DNA of 64,000 nucleotides. Origin: Pelagomonas calceolata. Taxonomy: Eukaryota. Position numbers and translations under genes: made by a program. The DNA is taken from contig CAKKNE010000002.1 in the NCBI GenBank assembly GCA_918797485.1, positions 3,906,001 through 3,970,000 of the forward strand, read 5' to 3'. Shown here piece by piece: positions 1 to 10,690 of the stretch (the stretch's first letter is position 1; every line of letters begins with the position of its first letter). The notes under the pieces are model-generated. The model searched no databases. It was not told the origin of the DNA and was given only the letters and a program-made list of their open reading frames with translations.

Positions 1-65
1 TAAAGTCGAGCCGTTAGCGATCAATAGGCCTCGTGAAACGAGGATACAAAGGCAGCACGCAGCTC

Positions 66-89
66 GCTAGTGTGTTACATGCCGCTAGC
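66..89 (+). promoter_or_regulatory. Recurrent bipartite CTAG motif
   Basis: GCTAGTGTGTTACATGCCGCTAGC, 48 bp before ATG 137. Confidence 0.7.
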
Positions 90-136
90 TAAAGCTAAGG
101 CTGCACGCTCAAAAGCAGCAGCACGGATCATAATTG

Positions 137-1237
137 ATGGTCAAAGCGAGGCCAAGACTCACCCAGCGAGCCTTTCTGGCCGGCTGCCTAGTACTAGTGC
201 CTCTGCTGCCTCTTGCACTGATGCAGGGCAAGGCTGCGCCAAAAGAGGTGATCTGGGGCATCATCGGCTGCGGCGATGTGGTAGAAAAGAAATCAGGACC
301 GGCGCTACAAAATGCACCGCGGAGTCGTGTCGCGGCAACGATGCGTCGAGACAAGGCCAAGGCCGAAGACTTCGCGCGGCGCCACGGCATCCCGAGAGCC
401 TACGACGACGTCGACGCATTGCTCGCGGACCCCGAGATCAATGCGGTATACATCGCCACGCCGCCGGGGTCGCACTTGGAAATCGCTCTGAAGGTTGCCG
501 CGGCCGGCTACCCGCTCTACGTCGAGAAGCCGGCCGCTCGCACCGCGAAGGAGTGCGAGACGATGGAGAGGGCTTTCTCGAAGCTGCCGCTCTTCGTAGC
601 TTATTACCGCCGCGCGTACCCGCGTTACGTGGCGCTCCGCGACGCGCTCCGCGGAGGCCGCCTCGGCACTATTCAGAGCGTCTCCTACGTCTTCGCCCGG
701 CGGCCGGCGCCGCCGCGCGCCGGCGACTGGCGCCACGACGCGGAGCGCAGCGGTGGTGGTAGGTTTGTCGACATCGGCTCGCACGCGTTGGATCTCATCG
801 ACTTCCTGCTGGGGCCGCTCGAGCGCGTCCGCGCGTCGGCGACCGGGCCCGCGGGGCAGGTTGAGACGCGCGTCGAGATGCACTTCCGCATCGTCGGAAC
901 TAGCATCGATGGCACGGCGACGTGGGATTTCGAGGCGTCGGAGGCCGAGGATCTGCTCATTATTTCGGGTTCGGAGGGCTCCGTGCGCGTGCCAGCAGCG
1001 ATGAATGGCCGCGAACTGGTGTGGCCGGACGGCGTCGAGAGCTACGACCCGCCTGACCCGGTCCAGCTACCGCTCGTCACAAAAGTGGTGGACGCGATCC
1101 TCGACGGCTCGGAGTGCCCGTCGACAGCAAGTTCATCGACGCGGACGTCGCGCGCCATCGACGCCGCCCTTGGTCATTATTACGGGGGGCGAAGTGACGC
1201 GTTCTGGGCGCGGCCCGAGACGTGGAATGTTGTGTAA
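137..1237 (+). CDS. Gfo/Idh/MocA family NAD(P)-dependent oxidoreductase
   Basis: WGIIGCG Rossmann start, AVYIATPPGSH, YVEKP, GGGRFVDIGSHALDL motifs; first ATG at 137; hydrophobic N-terminal extension. Confidence 0.92.
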   Translation: MVKARPRLTQRAFLAGCLVLVPLLPLALMQGKAAPKEVIWGIIGCGDVVEKKSGPALQNAPRSRVAATMRRDKAKAEDFARRHGIPRAYDDVDALLADPEINAVYIATPPGSHLEIALKVAAAGYPLYVEKPAARTAKECETMERAFSKLPLFVAYYRRAYPRYVALRDALRGGRLGTIQSVSYVFARRPAPPRAGDWRHDAERSGGGRFVDIGSHALDLIDFLLGPLERVRASATGPAGQVETRVEMHFRIVGTSIDGTATWDFEASEAEDLLIISGSEGSVRVPAAMNGRELVWPDGVESYDPPDPVQLPLVTKVVDAILDGSECPSTASSSTRTSRAIDAALGHYYGGRSDAFWARPETWNVV

Positions 1238-1240
1238 GAA

Positions 1241-2752
1241 CTATGTCTTAACCCCCGTCATGGACGGCCCGTCCCACGTGACGACGCAGCCGCCCGTCGG
1301 CGACTCTAATGAATCATCGCAGCTCGCGTCCGCGTCGTTGTCGAAGGCCGGCTGGCCCGTCGACCGCACGAGATCGCCGAAAATGCGCCCCGTGACCGCG
1401 CAGACCGCCGCGCGGTTCGCAAAATCTTGGAGAGGGATCTCGACGTAGTGCGTGTTCACCGTGCCGACCGCGAAGGCCGTACTACCGCCAAGCGCGCCGT
1501 GCGCCGCGTGCTGCGCCAGTCGCGAACAAAAAATCGTGTCCGCCGCGTTCGAAGGGGCGGAGCGAACGGCGTAGCTCGGGTCCACGTATTTTAAGGAGAT
1601 TGATTCGAGGTTTGCCTTCAGTTGCGCACACAACCACGGCCCGACGTCCCCGTCGACCGTGACGGGACCGTTTCCGTCGATGACACGCGTGTTGACGCCC
1701 TCGGCCACGACGAGAATGCAGTGGTCCTTCTCGTCCAGCTTCTCGTTCACGTACCGTAACAACGCGTCCACCGAGAACGACTTCTCGGGCACGAGGCACG
1801 CGTCCACATCCCCCGGCGCCGCCAAGCAAGCGTGCACCGCCAGGAAGCCCGCGTCGCGGCCCATGAGCCGGACGACGCCCACGCCTCGCCTGTGCGGAAA
1901 TCAATCAGTGCGTCGGGTGCTCAGGCGGAGGACGAAGCGACGATTCTCAGATTTCCACACGGCGCCCCGCGGGAAGCTTCTAGCTTCGACGGACGCGACG
2001 TCAATAAACCTTTTCGCCTCCGTCACGGCCGTGTCGAACCCAAAGCTCCGGTCGATGAGCGGGATGTCGTTATCAATAGTCTTCGGCACGACGGCGACCC
2101 GACACTTCGAGTCTCGTTTCTGGAGTTCTTCGGACAGCGCCGCGGCGCCGCGCATCGTTCCGTCACCACCCACGACAAACAAGCAGTCCAGCGCCTCGCG
2201 CTCGACGGCGTCCGCTAGTTGTGCAGCAGGTATCTTCGGCCTCGAGGTGCCTAGTAGCGTACCTCCTTCTGCGTAGACGTTCTTTTTTCGCAGGACGCGG
2301 GCCAAGTCTACGCGTTTGCCCTGGGCCAGCCCTTCGTACCCGCCCTCGAAGCCCCAGACCCTCTCGACAAAGTACTGCATTGAAAGGCAGCGATACAATT
2401 CTTGCACAACGGTATTAAGTCCAGGGCAAAGGCCCCCACACGTCACAATACCACAGGTCTGAGCGGGTATTATCTCGCTTCGCGGGCCCGCCGCCGCGTA
2501 GGCCCGATCAATCAAATCGCCCTTTTCCGTCGCTGCGGATGCCAGGACTGCCGCGCCGTCGCCGACGAACGCCGTGTCGGAGCTGAGCGGGCTCGGCACT
2601 TTTGGACCATCGACTTTGTGCGGCTTGTGGACTGTGAGTGCGACACATAACTCGGCATCTTCGTCGCCGGCGTGCAGTCTTACGCGTGTGCGCAGCGGCC
2701 TGCTCGGGAGCTGCAGGGCTGTGGTGCAGCAGAGTGCTGCGAGGCGCCACAT
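1241..2752 (-). CDS. PFK: ATP-dependent 6-phosphofructokinase, 2 exons (2752-1971, 1889-1241), probable plastid presequence
   Basis: GIVTCGGLCPGLN, GGDGT, PKTIDND, MGRDAGF, KYVDPSY motifs; the two ORF-track pieces are in one frame and are joined by GC-AG intron 1890-1970; ATG at 2752 gives MWRLAALCCTTALQ. Confidence 0.93.
1890..1970 (-). mobile_element. Introner-type GC-AG intron (81 bp) in PFK
   Basis: Inverted termini CTGTGCGGAAATC (1890-1902) and GATTTCCACACGG (1950-1962), 11/13 match; flanking direct repeats CGCCTCGC (1882-1889) and CGCCCCGC (1963-1970); removal restores SFPRGVGVV. Confidence 0.85.
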
Positions 2753-2861
2753 TGGTGCACGGCTTTCGCGGTCGTGCGCAGCGACCAAAAAGTCGTCTTT
2801 TTGGAGCTGCCTTGGCGGCCTTATAGCTGCGGTTCGCGACGGAAAGGTGGAGCTTGTCTTT

Positions 2862-2884
2862 GCTAGTGTCTTACAAACGCTAGC
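2862..2884 (+). promoter_or_regulatory. Recurrent bipartite CTAG motif (divergent spacer)
   Basis: GCTAGTGTCTTACAAACGCTAGC. Confidence 0.7.
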
Positions 2885-3068
2885 TAGAAGCCGCCGCAGG
2901 GCGCGTACCTCTGAGCGTGTGCCCACTAAAATAAGTTCGCACAATCTGGCTGCTCGTTTTTCGCTGGGCCGTCCATATATTAGCGCCTCACAAGCTGCTC
3001 TCTGAGTGCCTGACCCTCAGGCTGCTCTCTTGCTCTGACCCTAAGCTGCTGCTTCCTTGAGCTGACCT

Positions 3069-3779
3069 ATGGCAGCACCACCCATAATATCTGCCGCACG
3101 CGGCGCTGACGTCGAGACGCTCCGACGATTGCTTGCGGAAGGTGTGTCGCCAGATGAAATAACGTGGGGTTTCGGTAGAACGCCTCTTCATTGGTTGTGC
3201 AATCCCGACACCTTCAACCCGGTTATTTCCGTGAGTCCTAGTGAGGTCAGTGACTTCGTGACCTGCTTCAAGCTCCTTCGCGAAGCCGGTGCAAATTTGG
3301 AAGCGGTCGATGGTTGGGGGTACACACCACTTCAATGTGCGGCTTACAGTGAATTCCCCGAGTTGTTATCGTTGCTAGTTCAAGCCCGCGTTAATTTGGA
3401 TGCGAGAAGTAACGTTGGTACCACAGCGCTGCACCGTGCAGCACGTGTGTCAGATAAGAGGGCCGAAGATTGCGTCGACGTTCTCCTGGCCGGCGGTGCT
3501 TCCGTGAACGCAAGAGATAGCTCCGGAGAGACACCTCTCGACGTGGCACTCTCACATCATTGTCGCCGTGTGTGGCCTTTATTACTCCGCGCGGGCGCTG
3601 AGATCCCCACGAACAACACGCACCCGTACATCGTACGAGTCAGAAACGCCGGCAGCTTCAAGAAATACGCGCAAGCCCACCTGGCGAGGGTCGCGAAAAC
3701 TGTCGAGTCGAAGCTCGGCCTCCCCGCCCGGCCCGCGCGCCTCGTCGTCGAGTTCTGGCATCACGCGGGCTACTACTGA
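3069..3779 (+). CDS. Ankyrin repeat protein
   Basis: GRTPLHW, GYTPLQCAA, GTTALHRAA, GETPLDVA ankyrin repeats. Confidence 0.9.
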   Translation: MAAPPIISAARGADVETLRRLLAEGVSPDEITWGFGRTPLHWLCNPDTFNPVISVSPSEVSDFVTCFKLLREAGANLEAVDGWGYTPLQCAAYSEFPELLSLLVQARVNLDARSNVGTTALHRAARVSDKRAEDCVDVLLAGGASVNARDSSGETPLDVALSHHCRRVWPLLLRAGAEIPTNNTHPYIVRVRNAGSFKKYAQAHLARVAKTVESKLGLPARPARLVVEFWHHAGYY

Positions 3780-3801
3780 GTAATTTCACATGTTTCACAC
3801 A

Positions 3802-4509
3802 TTACCCTCCGCTCACGACGCAGCACGGGCACCCCTGGGGGTGCTCCGCCGCCGCGCGCTTCTCCGCCTCGGCGCGCTCTCGTACCGAAACGACGTGCGC
3901 CAAAATCTCCTCCGTCATGCGGATCGTCTCGCGGAGCTCGTCGAACTTCCCCTCGAGGAGCTTCTCCTGGTCCGGCGTCAGGTCGCCGTGCTCCCGCTTC
4001 AACGCCATGGCCCTTGCTAAATTCGCGCCGTACTGCTGGAGGTTCCTTCTTAAAGTCGCCTCGTCCGGCAGGTCGGGCTTCGGCTTCGGGGCCGGGGCCC
4101 AGCCCGCGCCGGGCGCCTCGGGCTTCTTCGAAGGTGGTGGCGGCTTCGGCCTTTTACGCCGCTTCGGTCGCTTCTCAATGAGCCGCCGCTTGCGGCCCGC
4201 CTCGCCAATAATCATAGCTATCGCGAGCGTCGTCAAAGCCAGCAGACCGTGCGCCGCCTGCGTCCGGCGCGGCGACCACCTTCCCACATCCTCCATCATG
4301 TCAGAGAGCCACCGTGTGGGTGAGGTCGCATAGTACACGCACCCGTCGAGCACTTGTTCGAGCGTCGGGGGCCAGGGCGCGTCGTCCGTCGCCTGGGTCC
4401 GCTTCCAGAGGAAGTACCACGTAATCAAAGCCGTGACCACTCTTGTGAAGAGCTTGCGTTTCCTTCTGCCCTTGCCGTGGACGCTGCCGCTCAGCATACT
4501 GGCTGGCAT
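3802..4509 (-). CDS. Hypothetical membrane protein with C-terminal coiled coil
   Basis: ATG-started 235-aa ORF, two hydrophobic segments, convergent with the ankyrin gene; no family recognised. Confidence 0.6.
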   Translation of the reverse strand: MPASMLSGSVHGKGRRKRKLFTRVVTALITWYFLWKRTQATDDAPWPPTLEQVLDGCVYYATSPTRWLSDMMEDVGRWSPRRTQAAHGLLALTTLAIAMIIGEAGRKRRLIEKRPKRRKRPKPPPPSKKPEAPGAGWAPAPKPKPDLPDEATLRRNLQQYGANLARAMALKREHGDLTPDQEKLLEGKFDELRETIRMTEEILAHVVSVRERAEAEKRAAAEHPQGCPCCVVSGG

Positions 4510-4643
4510 GGTGCCGGGGGCCCGCGGGGCAGCCTTCTTTGGTGGTCGACGGGGTCCCGGGCGGGGCGAAGGGATCCAAGGCCGCGTCGCCGGGCGTCGG
4601 ATGGCACAAATTAGCGCGCAGCGCCTTGGAAAGACGCTGCCTT

Positions 4644-4667
4644 GCTAGTGTCTTACAGACCGCTAGC
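4644..4667 (+). promoter_or_regulatory. Recurrent bipartite CTAG motif (divergent spacer)
   Basis: GCTAGTGTCTTACAGACCGCTAGC. Confidence 0.7.
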
Positions 4668-4860
4668 GCGATTAATTTTGCGGCAGCACCGCTCATGCCG
4701 AGGCTCTAATCGAGCGCATCACGCGGTTGCGTAGGCTCAGCAGCGCGTGCGGGACAGCATCGATCACCGGCGTCGCGCCTGAATCGAAATTGTTGACTGA
4801 AACGAGTGCCCAGGAGCTCAAATCAGGAGGGTCAGTCACAGCGGTTGCGCGCGAATACGA

Positions 4861-7800
4861 ATGGCCACCATCGACCTCACACTCTCGGACGACGAGACGC
4901 AGCGCCCGCCGGCGCCGGCGCCGGCCGCGCCGCCGCCGCGGCGCCGGAAACGCGACGTCCTCGACAGCAGCTCCTCGGACGGCGAGGCGCCGGCGCCGGC
5001 CCCGGCTGCGCCGAGACGTAAAAAACGCGACGTCCTCGACAGCAGCGACGACGACGAGGCCGCGCCCGCGCCCGCGCCGGACGACGAGGCCGCGGCGACG
5101 GCGCGCGCCGCCGCGAACCTGAAGCGCGCCCTCGCCAAGCCCCAGGACCTCACGCTCTCGTCCGACGACGAAGAGCAGCAGCCGAAAAAGAAGCCGAAGA
5201 CGGCCGAGCCCGCCGAGCCCGAGAACGTCGTGAGCCGCAAGACCGTCGAGGGGGCGATTACGGCGGCCGCGAAGTGGCGCGGCGCCCACACGCGTATTTC
5301 CGGAGGCGACGACGTCGACGAGGACGAGGACGTCGCGAAGGCCAGGCGGTTGATGAGAACGACGCAGTCTTATGAAGATGTCGAGTTCCCCGCATCGATC
5401 CGGTCCCTGAAGGGCAACGAGCACGAGCAGCCGCCGCCTCCCTCAGATCCGTCGCAGCCGCCGTCGTGCTCCTGCGGCCATCGAGCCGGGAAGTCCACCG
5501 TAAAAAAGGAGGATTCGGAGAACAAAGGACGGCCCTACTGGCATTGCGCGAATCGTAGGTGTGGTTTATTCCAGTGGGCCGACCGCCCGCCGCCGAAGCC
5601 GCTGACCTGGGCGCGCATGGACGCGAGCGTGCCCGTCGTGACGGACGCCGGTTTTTCTGCGGATGACCTCGCCCAGGGCGGTTTAGGGGACTGCTGGTTC
5701 CTCGCGGCGTTGTCCGTGGTGGCCGAGCGCCACGATTTGATTGCGCGGTTATTTGTGGAGACACCTAGGAACTCAAGTGGAGCGTACGCTTTGAGACTGT
5801 TCATGGACGGCCTCTGGACGACTGTGGTCGTAGACGACCGCCTGCCGTGTACCGAGAAACCTCGACGAGAAAATATGGTCGCGGACGTCCGAAGAGCACC
5901 ACTCATCAACGCGTCCAAGGCGGCGCGCTTAGCTTATGTACGTTCTAGATGCGCCCAGACCGAAAGAATGACGAACGTGCCGACGCCGACGCTCTGGGCC
6001 TCGCTCATCGAAAAGGCCTACGCCAAAGCACATGGGTCCTACCAAAGTATCTCGGGAGGCCAAATCGCCGAAGCGTTGCTGGACCTGACGGGCTGCCCGA
6101 CGTTCGCCATGAATCTGGGCGACCGCGATTTTGATTCGGAGAAGCTGTGGCGGAACCTCGTGAAGTGGAAACGACTCAGCTACCCGATGGGCTGCGCTAC
6201 CGATCCGGTACCTGATTTGAGAGAAGTCGGGTTATGTGGCAGTCACGCTTATAGCATAGTGGATTGTAGGACCGTGCGGTACCGGGGCAACGACGAGCGG
6301 TTACTGCGGATTAGGAACCCGCACGGCGTGGGGGAATGGAACGGCGACTGGAGCGACCAGAGCGACAAGTGGAACGAGGTGTTTCGGACGGAGCCGGGCA
6401 TGGTCCGTCCAACTAGAGATAATGATGGTACCTTCTGGATGGATTATACGCACTTTCTGATGGGGTTCTCGCGGGTGGACGTCTGTGCGGCGCCTCCACA
6501 GGTGAACGCTCGTTCATTTGGGAACAGCTTCCCTCCGAAGAAAGCTGCTTGGAGAGTGGGAGCGTGTTTTTATAGAGTTAGGGGCGAGGGTGATGTGTTT
6601 GTGACGGCCCTGCAACCAACTAAAAGAGGTGCCTGGTGCCGCGCGGACCGCAAGAAATCCTATAGACCGGGCGACGTGCAGGTCGTGGCGTACGATCTGC
6701 GGACGAAGAAGGTGCTCGGGGCTTTATTAAGGGGCGCGGACGTCTACGACCGGGGCGCGTTGGCGGTCAATCTCCGAGGCAAGGACGTCCTCATCTATGT
6801 TTATGCCTTGGGCGCGAACCCGGCGGCGGCGGAGACGCGGGCCGCGCAGCCGTTCCGCGTGAGGTTCGTCTCCGTGGACGGCCCGCTACAAGTCGAGGAG
6901 CTCGATTTTGAGAGTAAGCGCCACGGGGCGATGGCGTTGGAGGTGTTACATGGTGCCCTCACACGCCCGAAGGAGCGTACAGACGATTTACTGTTCGCGG
7001 CGGCGCGCGCGCCGTCGCTCAACGTCGTCAAATCGCAAAACGGCGCGACGTGCGCGACGACGCAGGGCGAGGGCCTGGTCGTCGTCACGATCGTCAACGA
7101 AAGCGACCAGTACAAGACGGCCGCCGTCGTCTGCTACTGCAAAAGCGCCCAGGCGCGGTCCGTCGACGGCGTGCTCGAGAACGTGAAGGATCGGGCCGAC
7201 GCGTACTACGAGCGGTTGAAGGCCTTGACGCCGAAGCCCGACCCGCGGGCGCCGCCGCAGCGGGGCCCGCGCTTCCCGGCGAAGTGGAAGGCCTTTGTCG
7301 CGACGGCGGACCTGCCGCCCCGCAGTCGGCGCGTCGCGCTGGCCGTCGTGCGGTCCGGGAGCCAGTACGAGCTCGGGGACATCGATTGTGCTTTTTATGA
7401 TGCGGCGCCGCCCACAAAAAAGGGCCAGCAGCGCATCGACGCCTTCGTGGGCGCGTCGAAGTCGCGCACGGCGCTGGATGCGGACGGCCTCTTCGCGGCG
7501 GTGGCGCTGCCCGAGGGCTACACCGGGGCCGTGCCCGCCGCCGACGATGATTTGGAGGAGGCGCTGCGGCGGTCTCAGCGTGATAATGTGGAGCACGACG
7601 ACCTCGAGGACCTCGCCGAGGCCATTCGGCGGTCGCGCGACCGCGACGACGACCTCGCGGAAGCGCTGCGCCGGTCGCGCGAGGACGCGGCGCCCCGGGA
7701 TCCGGACGCCGAGCTCGCCGAGGCGCTGCGGCGGTCGCGCGAGGACGCGGCGCCGCCCCGTCGGGACGTGGTCAAGACGGACCGCGACCACCCGATCGTC

Positions 7801-7920
7801 CTCGACGACAGCCAGGAGGAGGTCGGGCCGATCGTGTTGGACGAGTCCCAGGAGGACGCCGCGCCGGCGCGGCCGTCGGCGGAGGAGGTCCGCGCGGCGC
7901 GGCTGGCGCGGCTGGGGTAA
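4861..7920 (+). CDS. Calpain-family cysteine protease with GRF zinc finger, SIM-like motifs and four UIM-like repeats
   Basis: QGGLGDCWFLAALS, EKAYAK, HAYSI, RIRNPHG catalytic motifs; CSCGH...NKGRPYWHCANRRCGLFQWAD zf-GRF; L(E/A)EA(L/I)RRS x4. Confidence 0.92.
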   Translation: MATIDLTLSDDETQRPPAPAPAAPPPRRRKRDVLDSSSSDGEAPAPAPAAPRRKKRDVLDSSDDDEAAPAPAPDDEAAATARAAANLKRALAKPQDLTLSSDDEEQQPKKKPKTAEPAEPENVVSRKTVEGAITAAAKWRGAHTRISGGDDVDEDEDVAKARRLMRTTQSYEDVEFPASIRSLKGNEHEQPPPPSDPSQPPSCSCGHRAGKSTVKKEDSENKGRPYWHCANRRCGLFQWADRPPPKPLTWARMDASVPVVTDAGFSADDLAQGGLGDCWFLAALSVVAERHDLIARLFVETPRNSSGAYALRLFMDGLWTTVVVDDRLPCTEKPRRENMVADVRRAPLINASKAARLAYVRSRCAQTERMTNVPTPTLWASLIEKAYAKAHGSYQSISGGQIAEALLDLTGCPTFAMNLGDRDFDSEKLWRNLVKWKRLSYPMGCATDPVPDLREVGLCGSHAYSIVDCRTVRYRGNDERLLRIRNPHGVGEWNGDWSDQSDKWNEVFRTEPGMVRPTRDNDGTFWMDYTHFLMGFSRVDVCAAPPQVNARSFGNSFPPKKAAWRVGACFYRVRGEGDVFVTALQPTKRGAWCRADRKKSYRPGDVQVVAYDLRTKKVLGALLRGADVYDRGALAVNLRGKDVLIYVYALGANPAAAETRAAQPFRVRFVSVDGPLQVEELDFESKRHGAMALEVLHGALTRPKERTDDLLFAAARAPSLNVVKSQNGATCATTQGEGLVVVTIVNESDQYKTAAVVCYCKSAQARSVDGVLENVKDRADAYYERLKALTPKPDPRAPPQRGPRFPAKWKAFVATADLPPRSRRVALAVVRSGSQYELGDIDCAFYDAAPPTKKGQQRIDAFVGASKSRTALDADGLFAAVALPEGYTGAVPAADDDLEEALRRSQRDNVEHDDLEDLAEAIRRSRDRDDDLAEALRRSREDAAPRDPDAELAEALRRSREDAAPPRRDVVKTDRDHPIVLDDSQEEVGPIVLDESQEDAAPARPSAEEVRAARLARLG

Positions 7921-7991
7921 AGATGTGTAAGATGTGTGCGTGTTGACTACTAGCTTACACAGGGCCTCTTCATAGGAGGGTCAGCCGCGGC

Positions 7992-9383
7992 CTACAAGGC
8001 GCGCTCGGCGATCGCCGCGGTGAGAGTGGCCACGACCGCGTCCCGCCGGCTTGGGAAACCGCACGTCCGCGCGACGTCCATCGGTGTCAGGCCGGCGGGG
8101 ATGGGGAAATAGTCTGTTCCCACGACATCTTCATCCGTCGCGGCAGCAGTCGTCTTAGCGAGCAAGTCGGCGCCGCTAAGCACCAGCGTTCGCATATTGT
8201 ATCGGAGAATTTCGAAGTCATTCTTGTCGGACTCAGTTAATGCGTCGTACACCGTAATATGGAGCGCCGTGAGGCCATTTAGGAAGACCTCCTCGGTGAC
8301 GTCCTCCCAGCTCTGCAAACCCGCGGCTCTCCACACAGCACACGCAAGGCGCTCGAGCTGAGGCACATCTAACACGGCCGACTTGTCCGCGGCGAAGCGA
8401 AACGCCCTAACTAAAGCGGCTCGCACGCCGCCATCGGGATTTTTTTCACGACCGGCCGCCAGCACCAGCCGACGTGGGATAGCGCGAGCGCCACCCATGG
8501 CTTCGACGAGAGTTGTAGCTTGCGCTTCCCCAAGTACGGTCCCACTACCAGTGCCAATGGGAATTGGGTCAATCACTGTCCGCCAGAACGTCTGTCTTGT
8601 CCTAGCTTCGTCTAAGTTGCCTCTTCGATTGTCGAGATCGACCAAGACGCAGCCGACGGCCAACAGGGAGGCTCGGGAGCGCTCGTACGCGGCGAGCGAC
8701 TCCTTCGACCGCTCCTGGTCGCGCGGATCCAGGCCGCTCGCGGCGCGGAGGAGCTGTGGGGGCCGCGGCGACGTCAGCAAGACGCGGTTGTCTCGGTACA
8801 GTACGTCGGCCGTCGACTGGTGGGCGCCGTCCGCGTACCGCCACGTTACAGTCATACCCTCGCTCGGCGGGGGGAAGTAGCCTTGCCTTCGCGCGTCCTG
8901 GATCTCTTGTCGCGCAGCGTGTTTAACGGCCATAGCAGGGTTCTTCTCCTTGGACACGTCGAGCTCTAATTTTGCCGCGCGCAGCGCGTTCCGCGCCGGC
9001 TTGCACACCTCCTCGAGGCGCAGCACCGTGCGGTAGCCGGCAAAGTTCAAAACCTTGCTTGCGTTACCGTCCTTCTGCAGTACGACGCGCACGAAGGCCG
9101 CGCCGCTGTTTTCCGACGGCTTCAGGCGCTTCGTCGCCGACACGCTGTCTGCGGTGTCCGCGTTCGACTCGGCGGCGTCCGCGGCGGCCGGCGCAGCGAG
9201 CGCGCCTCTGACCGCGTCGGCGTCGGCCGAGCGCAAAGCTGCAGCCAGCGCCGGCGACGCAGCTTCTAGCGCCGCGATCGCCGCGGCGCAGCGCTCGCCG
9301 CCGCTGGTGACCCAGCTCTCGAAGCTCGCCGCGAGATCGTCCGCCGGCGTCGTGTCGGAGCCACTTGACGCTGCTGCACCCAT
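7992..9383 (-). CDS. Hypothetical protein; possible N-myristoylation, weak F-box-like and ankyrin-like segments
   Basis: ATG 9383 gives MGAAASSG; GLTALHIT and GLTPMDVA resemble ankyrin turns. Confidence 0.6.
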   Translation of the reverse strand: MGAAASSGSDTTPADDLAASFESWVTSGGERCAAAIAALEAASPALAAALRSADADAVRGALAAPAAADAAESNADTADSVSATKRLKPSENSGAAFVRVVLQKDGNASKVLNFAGYRTVLRLEEVCKPARNALRAAKLELDVSKEKNPAMAVKHAARQEIQDARRQGYFPPPSEGMTVTWRYADGAHQSTADVLYRDNRVLLTSPRPPQLLRAASGLDPRDQERSKESLAAYERSRASLLAVGCVLVDLDNRRGNLDEARTRQTFWRTVIDPIPIGTGSGTVLGEAQATTLVEAMGGARAIPRRLVLAAGREKNPDGGVRAALVRAFRFAADKSAVLDVPQLERLACAVWRAAGLQSWEDVTEEVFLNGLTALHITVYDALTESDKNDFEILRYNMRTLVLSGADLLAKTTAAATDEDVVGTDYFPIPAGLTPMDVARTCGFPSRRDAVVATLTAAIAERAL

Positions 9384-9526
9384 CTCTGTTACGCGTGCCG
9401 CACGCGCACTATTGTTTTTTCTCTGTATCTGCGTCAGTCGCAGAAAAGCTGTAGGTACCTTGAGTCCTGCAACCAATCAATACCGACGATTGGTGGAGGC
9501 ACAAAGGCCACAGCTCTCCGGTGGCT

Positions 9527-9550
9527 GCTAGTGCCTTACTGGCCGCTAGC
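9527..9550 (+). promoter_or_regulatory. Recurrent bipartite CTAG motif
   Basis: GCTAGTGCCTTACTGGCCGCTAGC, upstream of the - strand ATG 9383. Confidence 0.65.
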
Positions 9551-9633
9551 GGCTACGCGTGTTTTCGGTCCCATGCGTGCCGCGAGCCGACGACGAGAGA
9601 GAACAAAGTCACAACAAACCCCCATTATTAGTA

Positions 9634-10215
9634 CTACCGCAGCGCGTCGAACGCCGCCCGCTCCTTGAGCACGGCCTTGCACCGCTGCCGCATCAAAGCG
9701 CAGAATTTGGGATACGACGCCGCGGCGAGGAGCATCGTCGCCGACTTGTCTATCGGTAATTTCAGCTTGGACCCGTCATCCGCACCTGCCCTAATCCGCG
9801 CCGAGAGCTCGTCCATGCGCTCGCGCCGCGTGCCGTCGTCGTCGAATTGGGACGTCACGAACTCCTCCAGCGCCTCGGAGACGCGCGCCTCGAACTCCTT
9901 GTAGAGCGTGAAGAACTCGGGCTTTTGCTCCTCGTTCTTCGACGAGCCCTCGAAAATGAGACAGTGCGCGTCCATCCACTCCCGGAACCCGCCCTCGCAC
10001 TCCGGCGCGATGATGCGCCGGTAGATGTGCGCCGTGGCCCTCCTCAATAGCCCGTCGGTGCCCTGCCAGTAATCACCTAATTCCTCGAGCGGCGCGTCGT
10101 CGCCCGGTCTTAGGGAAGGCTTGGGCTCGGCCTTGGCCTCGTTCCTTGTATCATCGTCGTCCTTCGCCTCGCCCTTGCAGCTCGGCTTGTCTTCATCACT
10201 GTCATCCTTTTTCAT
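9634..10215 (-). CDS. BART (ARL2-binding)/CFAP36-like domain protein
   Basis: FREWMDAHCLIF...EEQKPEFFTLYKEFEARVSEALEEF...LLAAASYPKFCALM pattern; ATG 10215. Confidence 0.75.
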   Translation of the reverse strand: MKKDDSDEDKPSCKGEAKDDDDTRNEAKAEPKPSLRPGDDAPLEELGDYWQGTDGLLRRATAHIYRRIIAPECEGGFREWMDAHCLIFEGSSKNEEQKPEFFTLYKEFEARVSEALEEFVTSQFDDDGTRRERMDELSARIRAGADDGSKLKLPIDKSATMLLAAASYPKFCALMRQRCKAVLKERAAFDALR

Positions 10216-10690
10216 GCTCCAAGCTGGTGTCCCTGGAGTTGGTGCTGGATGCTGCGAACGACTCGCGCGCCGGGCCAACGGCGGGCACGAGGCGCCGTGG
10301 CGGGCCGTCCGCGGGAGCAGTGGTTCGCTCTGCCGCGCGTGGGGCAGCCTTTTGCAAGGCCTGCCTCCAAACCCTATGGCCCGTGGCCCGCGCGGTCGAA
10401 GGGGGATCCAAGTATAGATTCGTCTCGACGCGCACGGACTCGTGGGCTTATGGATACGGCCACGTGTCGATTTTTGCGCAACCCGTACGCTAAAATTGCA
10501 AAACTCACGGCGCCACAACCAAACTGCCTGCCTAATCTACGCCTACAGACCGCGCCAAGCCAAACACCTCTCTGTGCGCTGTCGAATCACTGTGAGGCAG
10601 CTGAGCACGAGAAACTGCGCGCGTAACGACGCCCGCTACATAGATAACGAGGCGAGTGCTGAAGTGCCCGTTTTCACCGAGAACGCGACG

